DNA of 64,000 nucleotides from an uncultured Planctomycetota bacterium. GTDB lineage: Bacteria; Planctomycetota; Planctomycetia; Gemmatales; Gemmataceae. The DNA is taken from positions 190,609 through 254,608 of the forward strand of contig CAWKHF010000008.1 of NCBI GenBank assembly GCA_963849325.1, given 5' to 3'. The notes beneath the pieces were generated by a model. That model saw nothing but the letters and a program-made list of their open reading frames with translations, was not told where the DNA came from and made no database searches. Shown piece after piece: positions 60,596 to 64,000 of this stretch (the stretch's first letter is position 1; each line of letters opens with the position of its first letter). The translations under genes and the position numbers were made by a program.

Positions 60596-61426
60596 ATGCG
60601 TCGAATGCTGTTGGCGGCCTGTGTCATCGTGGGAGTGGGAAGCTGGAACCGGGCGGCGCCGCCGCCGGCGGCGGCGCCGGTGCCGCCGTTGTCAATGCCG
60701 CAAAAGCTGGCCCAGCGCGTCACCTTCAACGGCATCGACGATCCCAAGGCTACCTTGAGGGAGGCTCTCGACAAGCTCAGCAACCTTTATGACGTAACCT
60801 TCGACATCAACGACAAAGCGTTCAAGTTCGAGAACCTCATGGACGTGGACAAGACGGAGATCGCTACGCCCAACGCGCTGCCGGCGATGAACGTCCGTCT
60901 GAGTACGGTCCTGCGCAAGATCCTCTCGCGCATCCCCGTCCCCTCGGGGGCTGTCTACTGCGTACGAACCGACCATATCGAGATTACGACCGGCACGTTC
61001 CAGGGCGTGGAGATCTGGGGCAAGTACGGCGGGCCGCACTTGCCGCTCGTCAATGCCACGCTGGTGAAGACGCCGCTGGAAGACGCCGTCAAGGAACTGG
61101 CGGAGCAGTCCGATTTCAACGTCATCCTCGACAACCGGGCGGCCGACAAGGCGAAAACGCCCGTCACGGCCAGGCTGCTCAACATGCCGCTGGACACGGC
61201 CCTGCGTTTGCTGTCCGACATGACGGACCTACGCTCCGTCCACATCGACAACGTCCTGTACGTCACAACCAAGGAGAACGCCGCCGCTCTGGAGGCGCGA
61301 CTGCTGAAGGCGACGATGCCTACCAACCCCCTGGATGACAATGCGACGGGGGAGGGCAGCGAGTATGCTCCGCGGAAAGGTTCGGGACCAGGCAATCTCA
61401 CCATTTCGCCGGCCAAGGGCGCGTAA
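60596..61426 (+). CDS. Secreted protein with tandem STN/secretin-N-like domains (paralog 1)
   Basis: Signal peptide; TLREALD.L..Y...F.IN.K.F and PLDTALRLL..M..L....DNVLYVT patterns. Confidence 0.75.
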   Translation: MRRMLLAACVIVGVGSWNRAAPPPAAAPVPPLSMPQKLAQRVTFNGIDDPKATLREALDKLSNLYDVTFDINDKAFKFENLMDVDKTEIATPNALPAMNVRLSTVLRKILSRIPVPSGAVYCVRTDHIEITTGTFQGVEIWGKYGGPHLPLVNATLVKTPLEDAVKELAEQSDFNVILDNRAADKAKTPVTARLLNMPLDTALRLLSDMTDLRSVHIDNVLYVTTKENAAALEARLLKATMPTNPLDDNATGEGSEYAPRKGSGPGNLTISPAKGA

Positions 61427-61441
61427 GTGGAGGACACCATC

Positions 61442-63286
61442 ATGTATCGGACATCGCGTTCCTTCGCTCCCTGTCTGGCGATCCTGCTGGTACTCGCCGC
61501 CCCTCGGTTCGGAGCGTACGCCGCGGACAAATCCTTGTCAGCGGCCAGCGAGACGGCGGCGGAGAAACTCCGCCGAGTGCTCGATCAACCCTGCGATCTG
61601 GACATCACGGCACCCGCGCTCGACGTCGCCATCAACCAACTGCGCGAACAGACCGGCATCAACTTTGTCGGCGATCCGGCCACCCTGGTGCCCACTGTTG
61701 TCATGGGCATGGCCAATCCAGCTATCAACATCCAGTCGCACGGAGTGCCGCTCCGTGTGGCGTTGAGCAAGCTGCTGCGGGCGCACCACCTCACGCATGT
61801 CCTGGTCGGCGATACCGTGTACATCACCACGCCCGACAAGGCGATGGAACGGCAACTCCAACAGTCTGTGTCAGTGAACGCCGCGGGCGAGACCGTGCGC
61901 GACGTGCTGAAGCGGCTGGCGCGGGAGACGGGGGCCAACGTCGTCCTCGATCCTCACGCGGCCAAGGAAGGTCAGACCGAGCTGACGGTGCGCCTGGACG
62001 AAGTGCCGCTGGAGACGGCCGTGGAGGTGCTGGCCGACGAGTCCGGCTTGCGATCCGTGCGGCTGCACAATGTTCTGTACGTGACCAGCACGGCACGGGC
62101 GAAGAAGTTACGGAAGCCGGCCCCCGCCGTGACCGCGCCGAGCGGCGGCTGGCAGGTCTGGCCGGACGGCAAAGGCGGTTTCCGTCTGACGACGCCGGGC
62201 GGCGCCGGCGTGGCCGGTGGCGCCGGTATCGGCGGACTTGGCGGCATGGGGGGGATCGCCGGCGGGTTGGGGGCCCTTGGTATGGGCGGCGGCGTGGCTG
62301 GCATGGCGGGCGGGGTGGCCAACCCCGTGCCGTTGACGCCGCCTCTGCCCAAGGCCAAGCAGCCCGCCCCCGACAAGCCCAAGGCCAAATCGCCGCCTCC
62401 GGCCAAGCCAACCGTGACACCCCCCAACAGAGACAAGCCCGCACCGAAGGATAAATCTCTGTCGCGGGCGAACCGGCCTTCCACGCCGGCTGACCTGCTC
62501 GCCTGGAGCCGAGCCGCCGAGCCTCGCGCGAAAACACCATCGAAGCCCGCCGAGCCGTCGAAGCCGCGAGCCGACGACCGAGACTCTCTGCCCGCCAAGC
62601 TGTCCCGCCGTGTCGATTTTCCCGGCTACGACGATCGCCGGACCACCCTCGATGACGCCCTGGCGGACCTCTCCAAGAAATACGGCGTCCCGTTCCTGCT
62701 CAATGAGAAAGGCTTCAAGTACGAGAACATCATGGACGTTGGCAAAACGGAGATTGCCACGCCGGTCCCCATTCCGGCGATAAAAAATTCCCGCGTCGAT
62801 GTCATCCTGCGCAAAATCCTCGGTCGCATCCCGGTGCCGTCCGGGGCGGCCTTCCTGGTGCGCCGCGACGCGGTCGAGATCACCACCGGCACCTTCCTCC
62901 AGGGCGAAGTGTGGTTCAACGATCCCGAGGGGCCGCACCTGCCGATCGTGCAAGTCGTCGTGGACAAGCAGCCGTTTGACGAGGTGATGAAATCTCTCGC
63001 CGAGCAGGCGAATTTCAACGTCCTGCTCGACGGGCGCGAAGCCGACAAGATGAAAACGCCCATCACGGCCGAGCTGTACAACGTGCCGGCGGATAGCGCC
63101 GTGCTGCTGCTGTCCGGCATGGTCGATCTGCGGCCGGTACGGGTGGACAACGTGCTGTTTGTCACCCGCGCCGCGACCGCCGAGGCGATGGAGAAGGCCC
63201 GGCCGCAAAAGCCCGTCAACAACGCCGCCTATTCGTGGATGATCTCGGGACCGTCCGGCACCCTGATCCGCGTCCCGAATGAATGA
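61442..63286 (+). CDS. Secreted protein with two STN-like domain pairs and a Gly/Pro-rich linker (paralog 2)
   Basis: The C-terminal half aligns by eye to paralog 1 (KTEIATP, RIPVPSGA, EITTGTF, GPHLP, DNVL). Confidence 0.75.
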   Translation: MYRTSRSFAPCLAILLVLAAPRFGAYAADKSLSAASETAAEKLRRVLDQPCDLDITAPALDVAINQLREQTGINFVGDPATLVPTVVMGMANPAINIQSHGVPLRVALSKLLRAHHLTHVLVGDTVYITTPDKAMERQLQQSVSVNAAGETVRDVLKRLARETGANVVLDPHAAKEGQTELTVRLDEVPLETAVEVLADESGLRSVRLHNVLYVTSTARAKKLRKPAPAVTAPSGGWQVWPDGKGGFRLTTPGGAGVAGGAGIGGLGGMGGIAGGLGALGMGGGVAGMAGGVANPVPLTPPLPKAKQPAPDKPKAKSPPPAKPTVTPPNRDKPAPKDKSLSRANRPSTPADLLAWSRAAEPRAKTPSKPAEPSKPRADDRDSLPAKLSRRVDFPGYDDRRTTLDDALADLSKKYGVPFLLNEKGFKYENIMDVGKTEIATPVPIPAIKNSRVDVILRKILGRIPVPSGAAFLVRRDAVEITTGTFLQGEVWFNDPEGPHLPIVQVVVDKQPFDEVMKSLAEQANFNVLLDGREADKMKTPITAELYNVPADSAVLLLSGMVDLRPVRVDNVLFVTRAATAEAMEKARPQKPVNNAAYSWMISGPSGTLIRVPNE

Positions 63287-63325
63287 CTCTCCGCCTGTCG
63301 TCCTTCTTCCGGGAGGATCGCTCGC

Positions 63326-64000
63326 ATGTGTCCCAACAAGCGACGAAGGTTAGCGGTGCTGGCATGTGCCGCTCTGCTGCTGTCGGCCGGAACGTCCGCG
63401 CTCCACGCCGAGGAGAGCGCTCGCGGCCGAGAATTGCGTCAGTTGTTGAGTCAACCCATTCATTTTTCAGGCTTTGACGATCCCAAGACGACGCTGCAAG
63501 AGGCGCTCGATTGCCTGTCCAAGCGCTACAACCTGTCGTTCCACATCAACGAGGAGGCGTTTAAGAACGCCGACATCAAGGAGGTTGGAAGGTTGGAGAT
63601 CGCAACCCCAAACCCGATCCCTGAGATGCGCATGAGGCTGGGTACGGCGCTCAAGAGGGTATTGCTCCGCGTCTCCCCCTCGACCATGTACATCATCCGC
63701 GATGACACGATCGAAGTCACAACCATAAAAGCGATCCGTAAAGAATTCTTCTTAGATCGGCCAACTCTGGTTGGCCCGCTGCCGCCGCTGATCTCTTGTA
63801 GTTTCGACAAGACGCCTTTGGAGGCGGCACTCAAAGAGCTGGGCAGCTCGGGCAACGTGGTCCTCGACAGCCGAACCGCTAAGGAAGGTGCAATGCTGGT
63901 GACGGCCGACCTGGTAAATGTGCCGCTGGACACGGCGGTACGGATGCTCGCCGACATGGCCGGCCTCAAGGTGGTCCCGATGGATAACGTGTTGTACGTG
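63326..64000 (+). CDS. Secreted STN-like protein (paralog 3, runs off the window end)
   Basis: Own translation from ATG 63326 after GGAGG: ..GFDDPKTTLQEALD..EIATPNP..PLDTAVRMLADMAGL..DNVLYV. Confidence 0.75.
   Translation, partial: MCPNKRRRLAVLACAALLLSAGTSALHAEESARGRELRQLLSQPIHFSGFDDPKTTLQEALDCLSKRYNLSFHINEEAFKNADIKEVGRLEIATPNPIPEMRMRLGTALKRVLLRVSPSTMYIIRDDTIEVTTIKAIRKEFFLDRPTLVGPLPPLISCSFDKTPLEAALKELGSSGNVVLDSRTAKEGAMLVTADLVNVPLDTAVRMLADMAGLKVVPMDNVLYV

Noticed and set aside
62200-62320. Gly-rich tract as a bacteriocin or glycine-zipper toxin
   Set aside because: It is a low-complexity linker inside a larger STN-like protein.

Overview
High-GC window from a planctomycete, most likely Gemmataceae-like. 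The evidence is a DUF1549/1553-DUF1501-PPC cluster, an 'LEDR' secreted protein, an extended ECF sigma factor and dense palindromic intergenic repeats. All family calls come from motif recognition, not database searches. Many ordinary genes are split by 1-bp indels, especially at 32-40 kb and 45.7-49.2 kb; these are most simply assembly errors, so coordinates of split genes are approximate. The backbone contains trxB; a CrtD-like oxidoreductase/desaturase/P450 cassette; a P-loop ATPase; a CPBP protease; cyanophycin synthetase; GT2 plus an uncharacterised partner; a sigma54-preceded Hsp20 pair; two hybrid histidine kinases (one with about 12 HAMP-type repeats); DUF362; an LPS cluster (lpxK, DHS-like gene, hldE, waaF, WaaP-like kinase, GT4); carA; TPR proteins; and a tandem family of STN-like proteins. 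Two accessory regions stand out. (1) At 28.78-32.02 kb, a decayed IS1-family element carries a lower-GC three-gene passenger operon: an unknown protein, a HEXXH protein and a divergent trimeric-family dCTP deaminase. This is a candidate undescribed nucleotide-depleting defence module. (2) At 8.3-9.9 kb, an integrase-less integron cassette array has an attI-like site, two intact attC sites and partial attC sites.
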